Assembly: GCA_905178155.1 (NCBI GenBank)
Contig: CAJINV010000021.1
Span: 44,106 to 108,105, forward strand
Length of the DNA stretch: 64,000 nt
Direction: 5' to 3'
From: Amoebophrya sp. A120
Lineage: Eukaryota; Protista; Dinoflagellata
Part shown: one piece after another, positions 48,039-60,312 of the stretch
Layout of the letters: every line of letters starts with the position of its first letter
How positions within the stretch are numbered: position 1 is the first letter of the stretch
The notes under the pieces: generated by a model
Database searches by the model: none
Seen by the model: only the letters and a program-made list of their open reading frames with translations
What the model was told of the DNA's origin: nothing
Translations under genes and position numbers: made by a program

Positions 48039-50368
48039 ATGTTCTCCGTGACTAGCAAACTCGCTCTTGCCACCACCAGCTCCCTCGCGGTGCTTTCTGC
48101 TGCGGCCCCGGTTTTCGAGGATACGCCTTTGACGACGGAATTGTGGGCGTTGTGCAGCTATGCATTGCAAATATGTCTGGGTCTGGAAGGATGTAACTTG
48201 TGATGCTGCATTTGCATGCTACAAAAATCTGTATTGCATGAAGTGCAAAAGAGGTCCAGTTTTTGCCATGGCGAGAGGGCATTTCTCATGCGGTATAGGC
48301 ATCAGGAAGCCCTCGCAAAATCAGTGATGCTGGGGCATGCATCACAGACGTCAGGAATCATGCAAAATGTGCATGACAAACCTTGCATCCTTCCAGACCC
48401 AGACATTTTTACACTTGATAGCAGCAAGAATGAGGACCGTACGGACGAGCAAATGGAGGCGTTTCTGTACCAGAACCCGGACCTAGCACTATTGAAAGGA
48501 AAAATCCCCCCTCCCCATATCGAAAACGAAATTTGTGATGCAGTATTTGAGTACACAAATCGCATTTGTCTTGCTGGAGAGGACTGCAGACCCATATCAA
48601 GCCTGAATAGAGAGGCTGTGACTTAGGCGCTTAGCATGAAAAGCGTCCGCGATGTTGGCTCAACAGCATGACAAACCGGCTCCATAATGGGACGGAAGCT
48701 GCTGCCCTTGTCTTCTTGCAACACACACGTGATTTGTGACCTCAAATCAGCAACACAAATTTTCGAAAACCTACCTCTTCAATATGGGGAGGGGGGATGT
48801 TTCCTTGCGATAAGCACTGGCGCGCAGTGCGGACAAGCGTGGCGGGCTTTGGTGGGCATGGGAGTATCGAAATAGATAAACCTTTCGTCAAGAACAACAT
48901 TTATTATTCCGGTTGGTGTGCTGCATGCATCACAGAGTGCGTTGGTGCTATCTATGACGCGAAGGTCATCTATTTTTCTTGCAAGGCAAAGCAAATTCCT
49001 AGCTTCGTGTAGTCCTCGAATTTGGGATCCATGTACTTATCAATATCAAAAATCTTCAGGTACAAGAACAGCTTTGCACTGGCAGCGTTAAAAGCTTATG
49101 GCGCGGAGCCCCTTAGCACGGAGGAAGACGACGATGGGAACACACCGTAAAAATTATTATGCGGAGTTTGTAATGCTGATGCTTTATTTTCTGCACGGAA
49201 CGAAACAGAAACTTACACGATTGGCAGAATCATGAAGGACGTTCGATGCGGAACTTCTTCGTAAAAGATGAAGAAAATAAATATAATATCAGGCAGCAAA
49301 TGTGCAGCGGCGAAGAGTGTGCGAACTTGTTGTCATCGGTTGCAGACATCGAGAAAGGGATTTTGGACAGAAAAGCCGAGCGGGAAAAGCTATCAGAACG
49401 GAAAGTTGTCATTGACTAAACGGAACATCAAATGCGTCCTGTTGCTTGCCATGCGAAACTACACAACCAAGAACAACGTGCACAATTTGCAAGTCAGCTA
49501 TCTTAACCGAAATGTCAGATGACAGTACATCGCATCACAAACTGCCCAGAATCAGGCGCTCCCAGCTCGTCGTGCCCTAAGCTCATCAGCGGTTCCTCTT
49601 GTGTCGAGGCCTTTCCTCGGAGGTTGGTTTGGGCTTGGGGCGCCAGGCGAATGGACGGCTTCGAGGCTACGTTGTGATCGACAAACTGAGATCGACGATA
49701 ATAGCCTTGTTGCTGGTCCTGTGCCGGTCGCGGGGCATGTTCGGGTGTTCCGGGCAGAGCTTAGTGCAACCCTCGGACCCCGCACCCCCCCGGGCTTGAG
49801 TTGCGCAGTCTTCTAAGCAGTACGCATTTCTGTTATTTAGCATGAGAAATAATTTTCTGGATGATAGCAAAACGATCAGGCCGCAATGGACGAGGATGAA
49901 GATGATGACGACTTGGATGGCGATGACGAGGATACGGTATGAAAATTTGTGATGCGGGTAGCCGATCAACCTATCGCAGTCGTTTTTGTGTTGATGCATT
50001 GCCGCTATTAAGAAAATTTGCATGACAAACTATCAGGGGCGCATGATGGGGAGCAAGGGGTCTGCTACGCCGCCGGGTATGAAGGGACATGTCAGCTGGA
50101 CGAAAAGGTTGTTTGTGTCACATTTAGATGTTGTCAAGAAGCATGATCGTACGTATTTTGCATAGATGCATTTAAATAGCAAGTTATATATGAGTACGTG
50201 TCTAGTCTTCCACCAGGACGACCAGCGTCGCCGCATGCTGTAGTGCAATCAATGACAGCAAATTTGAATTATTTGACGCAAATTATCAGCCTTTTTCGTT
50301 TTGTTTGGATAATCAACTCGAAGATTCCGGACATCACAACGGATGACGATGAGGACGAGGACTTGTAA
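48039..50368 (+). CDS. Small secretory-pathway ankyrin-like protein with acidic tail ending DEDL
   Basis: MFSVTSKLALATTSSLAVLSAA|APVFEDTPLTTELWALC...NPDLALARSADKRGGLWWAWEYKN..YGA..DDDGNTPQQMC...DDDEDEDL*. Three introners plus GT-AG introns 48864..49059, 49147..49292 and 49937..50323. Confidence 0.75.
48159..48420. mobile_element. Introner family A, opposite orientation to the 47745 copy
   Basis: TSD GCAGC/GCAGC. Confidence 0.95.
48490..48812. mobile_element. Introner family E
   Basis: TSD AGCAC/AGCAC. Confidence 0.95.
49391..49866. mobile_element. Degenerate introner (476 bp) with probable nested ~260-bp GC-rich insert
   Basis: TATCAGAACGGAAAGTTGTC...AATTTTCTGGATGATA; join R-E-K-N-D-Q-A-A-M. 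Confidence 0.6.
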
Positions 50369-52141
50369 GAAATCTGCGAACATCTTCAAAAGCAGCTGCA
50401 AGTAGTACTACTGCAGCTCGGAAGTCGTCATGCAGGGGGTCGTCGGGGTGGAAAAGCATGATATAAATGAATCCTGCTCGGTCGAGCAGCACCAGAGCTG
50501 GCATCTTCACAACTCGAACGCTTCAACAAAATCTTCCACTTTTTGCAAGTACAAGCACTGTTGAAAATTTTCATCCACGACCTGGAAGTTGTAGCACCAA
50601 CGGCGCAACGTCCGTTGTGGTATGGAAAAAATGTTCCGGTATACATAGGTTCTCTACTAAAACAAAATGTACCAGACTTTAGGACTACTAAAATGGCGCA
50701 TGGTTAACTGGATTTACTTCTCGATTACGCAGTCATACAAGAATAGCTACTTCTTCACTTTTACTTTTTGCTTGGATCGACAATTTATTGATTTGCAGAA
50801 TTGTAGAGGACGGATCAAGAATGCCAATGTGCGAAGCTGTCGTAGAGCAGGGAATAATGATAGCAACATTTTCAGAATGCTGCAACTAGCAATTATAGCG
50901 CAGGACGAGCTACCGCGTACTAGTCCCTGAATTTTCCACGAAATGACGGCACCGGAAGCTAGTCTCGACTACAATACCGGAGATGATTTTCAAATTCAAT
51001 CATAATAGCGGTTAACTCGAAGACGAAGACCGATATACAATGTAGTTGATGAGCTGAGCAAAGGACCTCGAGCTCAGAAGGATCAGGTTAGGTTTTTCGA
51101 GCATTTTTGCACAACTGGATTGAGAATTGCCAAGAACCGCTACTGAACTGGATCCCGATATTGACTTTGCTGTAACTACACAGCTTTATATAAAGTACCT
51201 TTCTCCTGTTGTTTGCACTCAGCAAGAGCTTTTCCGGCGGACGGATGCGCTCCTCTACTGCGCAAGCCTCAGGAGTAGGACCAAAGAAGTGCTCCTAATC
51301 ATGGCGTTCATCTCGAGTGCTATGGCGAGCTGTTCTTTTATTTCAGTTGTGAGTACCAGACCCACCGCGGGGCAGCTGCACGGGTGCAGCTTTGTCGCTG
51401 AGGAACGAGACGGGGGAGGGTGGAAAAGATATGGAAATTCTCCGGGACTGTTGCTGTCTTAAAAAAGTTACTTCTTTTTATTGCGTCACGGCCGAGGGTG
51501 ATGGAGGATGAACTTGAGAAAGCGGAGAGGGCTACGCAAGCGTGAGTCAGGAGCAAACAAGCTTGGCCATGGGGCATTAGATTGTGCCTCGAGAGGTGAC
51601 TGATGAAAGAGAAGGCAGTGCTGCTTTCTTGAGGATGGCAGGAAGATCTATGCTTAGATAGGATGTAAGAAGTTGTATGTATCTGTGCCTGAGATGAAGA
51701 ACTGAAAGATCGAAAACAACAGCCAGAGGACTTGGTGATACAATTCCAAAACCGAGCTATCGTAGTAGCAACATCCAAACCGTTATTTCGATAGCCATGG
51801 GCACCAGGAGTGTGAAATTGCAAAAATACGCAACAGTCGCAAGTGTTTTTTCATTTTGGCGGCGCCGCTATGGATGTATCTAATGCTACATCATTTTCAA
51901 CATTTTCTTCTAGCGATACTTAATAATTATTCGAGGTGATTTTTATTTCGGAAAATTTCTGACAAATTCACATCAACGACACTGATTTCATTTCGCAGAA
52001 GAAGAATTTTTCACAAGAGGTTGGTTGCAGCGCCAACTGTCATCACTTTACGAGTTTTTTTTTTCAACAACTACAACGTGAAGATTCATATGCGACCTTC
52101 GAACAGGGACGAAAGAGAACAAGAGGATTACTCAAAAAAAG

Positions 52142-55100
52142 ATGCTTCTGGACCACCTGGACAGTTTTTTTTCCACCTGGACGCACGCTCCAGCCCACGC
52201 GGACGAACAGGAATTTCTTTCCAAGCTGGTGGATAGCCACTACGGCTTGCCCTCTCATGTGGACACGGAAAAGCACCTCGGATCCGCGCTCTCCGTGCTG
52301 GCGCAGCATTCCGAACACGCGAACGAGAAGGCAGCGTTGGATATCCTGTGCAAAAACGTCCCCACCCCATAGTCAAGATGGGAAATCTGCTAGACAAATC
52401 AACAAGCTTTGGCTGTTGCGCATGACAAGTTTGGCCTCGTAGTGCGATCCTGTTATTAAGCTAGTTCAGCAGCGTCACAGGTCCAGTCTGTCATGCTGCT
52501 GCGAGCATGACAAATCTCAAAGCGCCACTAGAAAACGCCTCTCATGTGTCTCCGCATGAGAAACATTCTAAGCATGCAGATTTGCATTACAACTCTGGGG
52601 TGTGGACGTTTTTAAATAGGATATTGGATGGGGTTTACTCCCTTGCCGCGAAGAAATGGCTCCCAAAGTTGCCGCTCGGGGACGAATATCAAATGCAAAT
52701 ACGTTTGGGTCTGGAGCATTCTAAACTTGTGATGCTGTCTCTGGATTCTGAAAAAAATTGTATTGCATGACCAGCAACAAGAGGACTCCAGTTTGTGCTA
52801 CACGGAGAGGGCATTTCTCATGCTGTAGAGGTATCGCAAAGCGCTCTAAAAATCTGTGATGCTACGGTATGCATCACAGACGTCATGGGTCATGGAAAAT
52901 ATGCATGACAAATCTAGAAATCTTCCAGACCCAGACACTTTCGCATTTGATAACGAAGCGCCGGTCGACCCGTTGCAGCTGCAGCCGAGTTTGAACCTGC
53001 CACCAGAGCAGGAACAGAACGTGTTGAGGTGAGATAATGCAATTTAGCGAGATCATGCATATACTTTAAAATTTTTTTTTGTTGCATGAGTTTCGGCCTG
53101 GTTTTGTAGACTAACATAAAAGAGTAGAAGATCACGAGCCATTTGTTCCGTCACCATTCACCCGTACTACACAGGCACACGCTGAACGAGGTGCTCGGGC
53201 AGAAAGTCGCGATTGCATCCAAGGATTTGCATCAGCTGGACAAGATGCGAGAAATTCTTGAGAAGCCTCAAGCCGCAGACCAGGCCTGGCAGGAGGCATT
53301 GAAGGTGAGATTGATGCTGTACAACTCTCATTGATTCGGATGCTGCACTTGTAGCGACATCATGTTGTATGTCGTTGTGCATAGTTGTTTGTGGATGGTG
53401 AAAAAATTGTGCTGGAAGCTCGCCCCTGAAAATTGCGACAAACATTATAGATCATAAATGCGGAAAATCGTTATCTTTTGTAAAACCCCCCACATCAACG
53501 GCATTTATTCAGGTCCGCGTCGACGATCTCCAAAATGTCGGCGGAACCAACGCCCACACGACCCGCCTTTTTGAGGCGCAAGCAGGTCGGGCCCCGCGAA
53601 ATAGTGCACTGGGCATGGCGCCCTGGCCCGACCCGCCTCCCGGCCACCCAAGGCTGATCGCGAAGCCCCTTGCCGCGGACCTGTCCTCTCCGTCTTGGGG
53701 CTTGCCGGCAACGTTTCCCTGAGTGCATGCTCGGACACGTTGGCGAGAAAAAAAACGCATGCTGGGGATTTCGGCCCTAAGCGGCTATCTACACACTTTC
53801 GGCCACAAAAACGAGCACCAAAAGCCCCTCGAAAAAGTACGCATGCACGACCTCCAGGGAAACGGCGACGCCGGGTCCCCAGAAGTTGGGCGCGGCCTTC
53901 AAAGCCCGGGGGCCACCTGGGCCAGGGAACGGGGCCAAACCGAGACCGCAGACGGGCGCGCGCGGCCCTCCTCAAACGCTTTGCCGCCGCTTCATGTGCC
54001 GGTCCGTGTGGGCGCTCCCACTTCTGTGCCGGCCGTTTCGCATTTCCCATGCGGCCGCACGCGAGCGGGCGGCGCGGGTGCGTCTTTTTGCGTGGCCCCT
54101 TGGCCTGCGCGCCCGTACGGGCCAAGGGGCGAGCCCCCGGCAGGATGGCGCGGCCCAAGGCGCTCGGGGTTTTTCGGTTCGAAGCGCGCCGTGGGTTTCC
54201 GGGCCGCTGCATCTTGCGAGGCCCGCGCCCAAAAAGGTGGCGCCGGCCTGTTGCTTGGCAAGCATGTGGGCACATTGCCGGGGGGGGCTTAGCAGTTTGG
54301 CGAAATTGCGAAGCACACAGGGGGGCTGCTTCCGGTTGCTGTATTACGCAAGGGGGGTGGGCCATCAGCATGGGGCGCAAAAAGATCAGTCTGAAAAGGC
54401 TCCAACCTGCTCTATGCATTCGGCGCCAGCCTCCCGGCCGGGTTTTGTTGTTGGGACAGACGCAAGCCCTTGCCCCTCTCTGCCCGCGGCTAGGGGGCGG
54501 CCGCCCGAGGATGCTCGCGCCCCTTATAGAAGTCCTATCGGGCCACCAGCTTCCGTGAGCTCTAGCGCGGCCACCAACTGGCTACGGAACGCAAATCGAG
54601 GCGGGTGGGCATAGTTCGGCGCCGCGCTTCTTCTTTGTTTTCCTGGGCAAATATTGCCCATGCGCGACAGCGTGGCGCCCTACCTTCGCAAGTAACGACA
54701 GGGCCGCCACGGGAATGCGCCGCGCGGGACCGAGGTCAAGCAGCTCGGCTGACGACTCAAGGCCGCCGCCCACAGTACAACACGCGGCACAGCAGGTGGG
54801 GCTTTAGATCGCTAAGAGAGGCGCGGCGCCCCGTCCGAGGTAGCAGCGCAGCGCATGCTTTACCAGCACCGTGCCCGCGACCAAGTAAGCGTGAGCTGTG
54901 TGGCGGGGCCGCGTTGCAGTAGCCCACACGCGGATGGGGCCGAAATGGGTACACACATCCACAAGGCCTGCTGCGTCGTCAGCTAGTGCGCTAACTTTTG
55001 TGCGCCGCCATCTCGCTAGCTTCTTTGCATGCATAACAGAGTCAGAGACTATCCCTGAAGGAAGTCCGCTGGCGGATACCATCCGGGCGGGTTGTGCAGC

Positions 55101-58100
55101 CGGCGGCCGTGTTGTTGTATGAGTTCAAAAAAAAAATTTTGATTTGGGGAAAACCGGGGTAGTGGGGACAGTTTTACCTAACGTATATTCAGGTCCGCGT
55201 CGACGATCTCCAAAATGTCGGCGGAACCAACGCCCACACGACCCATAACTCGACGAGCATCTCGGCTAGCCGCATAGAGTCCGAAGTCCCCTCCACCTCC
55301 GTCGCTGCTACTCAAATATCCCCAGATAACTGGCAATCCGGCGGGTCGAGCTCTTCCACAGCAACGCACCACTACGGAAGCAGTAGTTCCGCGGATAATT
55401 CCGCTAAACTGAGTGAGGATATCACAGAAAAAACAAAAAGCTTTTATACTTATGTTCACGAAATTGAGTGTGAAGCCGCGTGCATGAGGAATAAACCCAC
55501 ACAAGAGGGAAGTTTGTATTGCGTCGCATCATGATGCAGCATGTTCGACATAATTTGTCTTGCGACAGCGCAAGCAGGAGCTATTAATCAAAAATCGTAA
55601 AAAATGCAAAACGCTTTTTGATTTCGTTTCATAGAGGAGTTGTTCGTCTGGAAGGCGTCGCAGCACCAGGTGGGAACGAACCAACAGGAGCCGTATGTCG
55701 TGGTTCGGGATCGGGACGGGATTTCCCTGCAACTTCTCCCCATGCGCTCCGCGCTGGCGTTTGGGGACAATCGGGAATTGTGGCACCGGGACGCGGAGGG
55801 CCACATTTGGACGCCGGACAAGTCCGCCGTGGTCGACGTCGACTCTAGCGGGAAAGTACTGCTGAAATCGACGCAGGGGCTGTTGAGTACGGGGGCCAGA
55901 AACGCGGAACTGTGGAAATTAGGGGACGATGGTATATATTAGAATAATGCAGCATCAAGTTCATTTCAAATTCAATTGAATACAGGCACGTTTGGTTTGC
56001 ATGCTCTTGCAATGCGACGGTGACCACCGTGAGTCAACCTCGTAATTTGAATTCGATCGGATGTCTACAGTGGGTCGTTTTCAGCCCGCCTGCAGCACGC
56101 TAGTACAAGCAACTGTATAGATACGACAGAAGCATGATGAATCGCCAAACACGACCTGTAAAACAACGAACTCCAAAAGGTACCATGACCTCGGTTCACG
56201 GCAAGGAATACCTTCAATTTCCCGGCGTCGTGGACAGTTTCGTGGACACGCGGTTAATCGACCCGGTGAACATCTCTTATGGCATTCTCAAACGTTACAT
56301 TCTCAACTGTTACATGGATTTGTGATGCAAGAATGGGAAAAGTGAAAGGGGGGGCATTGCGCGTCTTGCATGACAGATTTGGCACAGATTGTGAGCCTGT
56401 TTGGCCCTTCCAGAATTTGTCATGCAGAGCAGCTTGATCGTGTAGATGATAATGGTAGTTTTGCATGACAAATCATGTAACAGTTGAGAATGTAACATTT
56501 GAGAACTCCATATCTCTTCCAACATTCCCGACACTCCCGAGCACCCCGCCTCCTTTGCCATCGACGACAACGTGCACCACAGCTGGGTCGCGCCGCAGGC
56601 GGGCGGGGAGCACCTCCCGCTGGCCGGGAAGGCCGGGTTGATACACCGGAACCACCCGTACTTGGTTGTCGACGCGGGGGAAACGAAATACATCGAATCC
56701 CTACAGTTGGATTTCACCGAGCCACCCAAGGAATTCCTGGTCAGTGGCAGCTCCGACGGGGGACACAGCTGGCAGAAGGTGTTTGGGACGGACTTGAACA
56801 CAGCGTACTTATTGACTTTTTCGTTAAAAGTTGGTCAGTTGCTGTTTTGCATTCTGAAGTTATTTTCACGCTTGGTGTGCCTTAATATGATAGAACTAGA
56901 AGTGCACTGATCTAGTACGCATAAGGTGAGCCATGGACATAAAAATTTTTGACAAATGAAAACGAACAAACTCTAAACACTACAGGTTCAACCTGAAGGT
57001 CCCGATCCACGACAAATTTTCGCACTTGAAAATCACTTTTCTCGAGCCGCTCGGGCAGGCCGTGCCGCACGTCTCCGGGGGCCAGTTCGGGGTCCGCCAC
57101 GTGGCGGTGTACGGTAAGGAGATGGAGCCGGCGTTCGTGGGCGGCTACCCCATTTTTGGCCCGGTGGGGCACTTCAAGTTCGAACACCTGGCCGGCCCCT
57201 TACCCGACGCGGAGAAAATTGACAAGTTGTTGGATCTGGCGAAGCAGTTGGACGTCGCGAATTCGAAGCTTGCCTTGGCGGAGGAAAGGTACGAAGCTGC
57301 GGTGGACCAGCGGAGCTTCATGGGCCTAAACGCCGCCCACGAGAGTTCTGGCGGCGGGGGGTTTTTCGGAACACAATCGATGAACTACGGAAACAGCAGT
57401 AGTAGCAGTACCTCAGGAGCTGGTGCCGGCGGCGGTTCGTTTTTCGGGCGCGCGTTCGGTTACGGCGGTGGGGAACAAGTACAAGACAACAGCGACACAG
57501 GAGCTGCTCAACAGCAGTACCAATCGGATGAACAAATTATGGACACCAGCAGTAGTACCAATCCTTCGATGCTGCAGACGATGGAAATGAGTATGAAACC
57601 TCTGTTCTACGGCATGCTGGCCTTCTGTATCGAAGTGAAAGATCCTCCCTCCCCATATCAAGAAAACGGAAATTTGTGATGCTGCTTTGTGGTCACGAAT
57701 CCCGGTGTCATGCTAGAAGGGAAGAGATGCAGACTGTAGTGCTAGCTGGCGCAGGAACGCCATGCGTCTTCAGCATGACAGGAAGCAACTGGAAATGGGA
57801 AACAGCATGACAAATTTCTTCCAAACGAGGGAACAGCTGCGTCTCTTAGCCTTCTAGCAATACAAGTCGATTCATGTACTCAAATACAGCAACACAAATT
57901 CAAATTTCGTTTTCGATTTGGGGAGGGGTGATTTTTCCTCATAATATCCTGCGGTTTGATATCCTCGAAGACAGCGGAGGGGAAGATCACGACGACAAGG
58001 GACGCGGCGGGTGTGAGCAGAGCCGGCGCCGCGGGGGTCGAAGGTCTGAGCAGGTCGAGTTTAAGGTCGTCTTGTTCATCTTCCGTTGGAGCTGCGCGTA

Positions 58101-58609
58101 GTGACGCCGGCGGGGAGACAGATAAGAATCCTTACACAGTACTAGACGCAGCAGGTGAGGTAGGACGAGAGGAGGTCAAAGGAGGAGCATCTGCAAAAAG
58201 AAATGCGCGTAATTCTAGCAAAAATGGTGGTCAAAGAGCGAAGAATAGCGGGCCAGCAAGGAATAATGAAACTGCTGGTGACCACCGAGTAGACGGTAGA
58301 AGTAGCACAACTAATTCTAATGGTCCGCGCGGGATACTAGACTTCTCGTGTCACGACCTGACAGGCGGTGATAAAGGTGGTAATGATACTAGATCCGGTC
58401 GGGTTTGCAGCGGCTTTTCGGTGCCGGAGTCAATCGCTGGATTCGGCATCAGTATGCCGAAAAGACCTGCGTGGTTGACGTTTTCATCTACTTCGCCTTG
58501 GAACAACACTACAACAAGTGATGTGGCTTCTTCGAAGGGAAGTAGTACCACAGGACGAACTTCCTTTCCTTTCGTGGCGCGACCGCGACGGTGTGCGAAC
58601 TTCTTGTAG
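52142..58609 (+). CDS. Protein with ricin-B-like and F5/8C (discoidin) domains, CCp/LCCL-family-like; 5 introners
   Basis: LQLLPMRSALAFGDNRELW (ricin-like); SSNIPDTPEHPASFAIDDNVHHSW..YLVVDAG..EFLVSGSSDGGHSWQKV (discoidin). All introner joins are in frame. Confidence 0.65.
52342..52623. mobile_element. Introner family B
   Basis: TSD TTGGA/TTGGA. Confidence 0.9.
52687..52952. mobile_element. Introner family A
   Basis: TSD ACGAA/ACGAA. Confidence 0.95.
53565..55185. mobile_element. 1.62-kb GC-rich insertion flanked by a perfect 59-bp duplication of acceptor plus exon start
   Basis: 53506..53564 = 55186..55244 (TATTCAG|GTCCGCGTCGAC...ACGACCC). Confidence 0.8.
55420..55633. mobile_element. Introner, family D-related
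   Basis: TSD GAGGA/GAGGA; join S-E-E-L-F-V-W. Confidence 0.85.
56278..56512. mobile_element. Introner family F
   Basis: ~39-bp TIR; TSD TCTCT/TCTCT. Confidence 0.95.
57628..57946. mobile_element. Introner family E
   Basis: TSD TTCTG/TCCTG; join A-F-C-G-L-I-S. Confidence 0.9.
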
Positions 58610-58717
58610 AGGATAGCGAAGAGCAAGAGTCTTGTTCATCTCTGTTGTAGAGTTCGCGACGGTGTGCGAACTTCTTGTAGAGAATAGCGAAGATCAAGAT
58701 TCTTGTTCATCTCTGTT
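58584..58717 (+). repeat. 63-bp tandem duplication spanning the stop codon
   Basis: 58584..58646 matches 58655..58717 with 3 mismatches. Confidence 0.9.
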
Positions 58718-60312
58718 CGTTGTTTTTTATCGGGAAGGTAAAGAAAGGGACGATAGCTCGTAGTTCTAGCGAAGTGCAGTGCGCCGGGAGCTTCCTTGGT
58801 TAAAGGACGGATTCTGAATCAAATGCTAGTGATTGAAGCGACGGTTAGGTAAGGATTACACATGATTCCAAGAAAGAGCATAGAAATCCTTTTGAAATAG
58901 AGGGACGATTCTTGAGCGACTTAAAATTTGGGTTAGGTTTTACAGATACACAACTTGTACACATTTTTCGTTCTTCGGCGCGCCCGACGTGATAATCAGC
59001 ATATACAGCATAAGTGCAATATAGATGTTTAGAAACTCTGGCGGGAGCTATGTTTTTATGAAACAGATTCCCGAAGATGACGATGAAAAAGTTCTACTGC
59101 TACTTAGACGCCTAAATGAATAATGACATACCCCAGAAAGTGGGGCCATAACTTTTCTAGAGCGACCATTTTTCAACATTTATCGAAAACTTTTCTACGA
59201 AGAGCGACACAAAAATTTTCACAACGTGTAAGATCGACCTGCGCAAAGCCGCTTCGGGTGCAGCTTCACCATGAGGATGTACGCCACTTTTTTACAACTC
59301 CGAATTATCGATAGAAAAGCGTGGCCAAGAAATAAGAAAAACCACACGACCGGAACATTACTCAATACCTCTCAACCTCTTTGGCGCCACCCTCCTATGC
59401 TTAGAAAGGAATTTCCGCATAAAGGTTTTGTTCCTACATAACCTCATGCAATTGCTGATTTGAACTCTCACCCAAGAACTAGTACTGCCTTTGGGTGCAG
59501 GTGCACAGGCGGATCAGCAGTGCATTTTCAAAGAGTTGCGCGTCGAGCCTTATTTCATCAGACAGCAGGATATTTTTTACCAAGATGAACGAGCCGCTGT
59601 TACTTTTTCACCAAGCACGAGCAGCTTGTTCAGGGATAAAACCGCAGGTCTTGATTCAGAAAAAAGAAACGAAGGCACGGAATGAAGAGATAAAATCCTG
59701 CGCCGAGGAAAACGAAATTAAGTAGTTTTTCACCACATCTTCAGAGAGCGCCCGCGGAGTTGCGGACAAATCATTGTGTTGAAATCTGATCATACGTGTG
59801 TAGCTCGGTATAGATATGAAGTTGAAATAAAAGGAAAAAATTGCTTTACATAATTACGTAATCTATGAGTTCTTGTGACGCCAGATCCACTTCGCTTCCC
59901 AGAGGATAGAATTCAAGCAGATTCTTCTTCATCTTCGTGATCGAAATTAAGCGCAGAGTGATCGAGATCACTTTCAGAATGAAAAATGAATGAAAAGGCA
60001 TCTTATGCCTATAAAATTCTGATCCTCACCGTGAGCAAGCGACAGAAGTGGAAGCGATCCGAAAATTTATGTTGGTACGACAATAAAAGTTGATTTGTTC
60101 GTTTTTGTCAACATACAGGGATGCTGAAAAATAAACGAGAAGCAACAACGTGCCAGTTGTATGCTTTTTCGTTCAGAAATGAACGTATTATACTCTAGAG
60201 CTCGATGATATGATGAAACATCTTCGTGTAGCAAAACCGGTTTCCGTTTAGAACTATGTTTCCCGTCTATTCGCATGCAAAGCTAGGCTGTTATTAAGTG
60301 AGTTAGTTGTAG

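Noticed and set aside
49553-49592. Minus-strand TGATGA...CTGA (C/D box or hammerhead-like)
   Set aside because: The boxes are under 40 nt apart and there is no downstream GAAA.
7921-53135. Recurrent small ORFs containing 'LPDPDIFAFD' or 'KCKNVWVWK'
   Set aside because: They are translations of the family A TIR, not a protein family.
53505-55122. Long overlapping ORFs (up to 304 aa) in the GC-rich insert
   Set aside because: Open in several frames because of high GC; Arg/Ala/Pro-rich with no transposase motifs.
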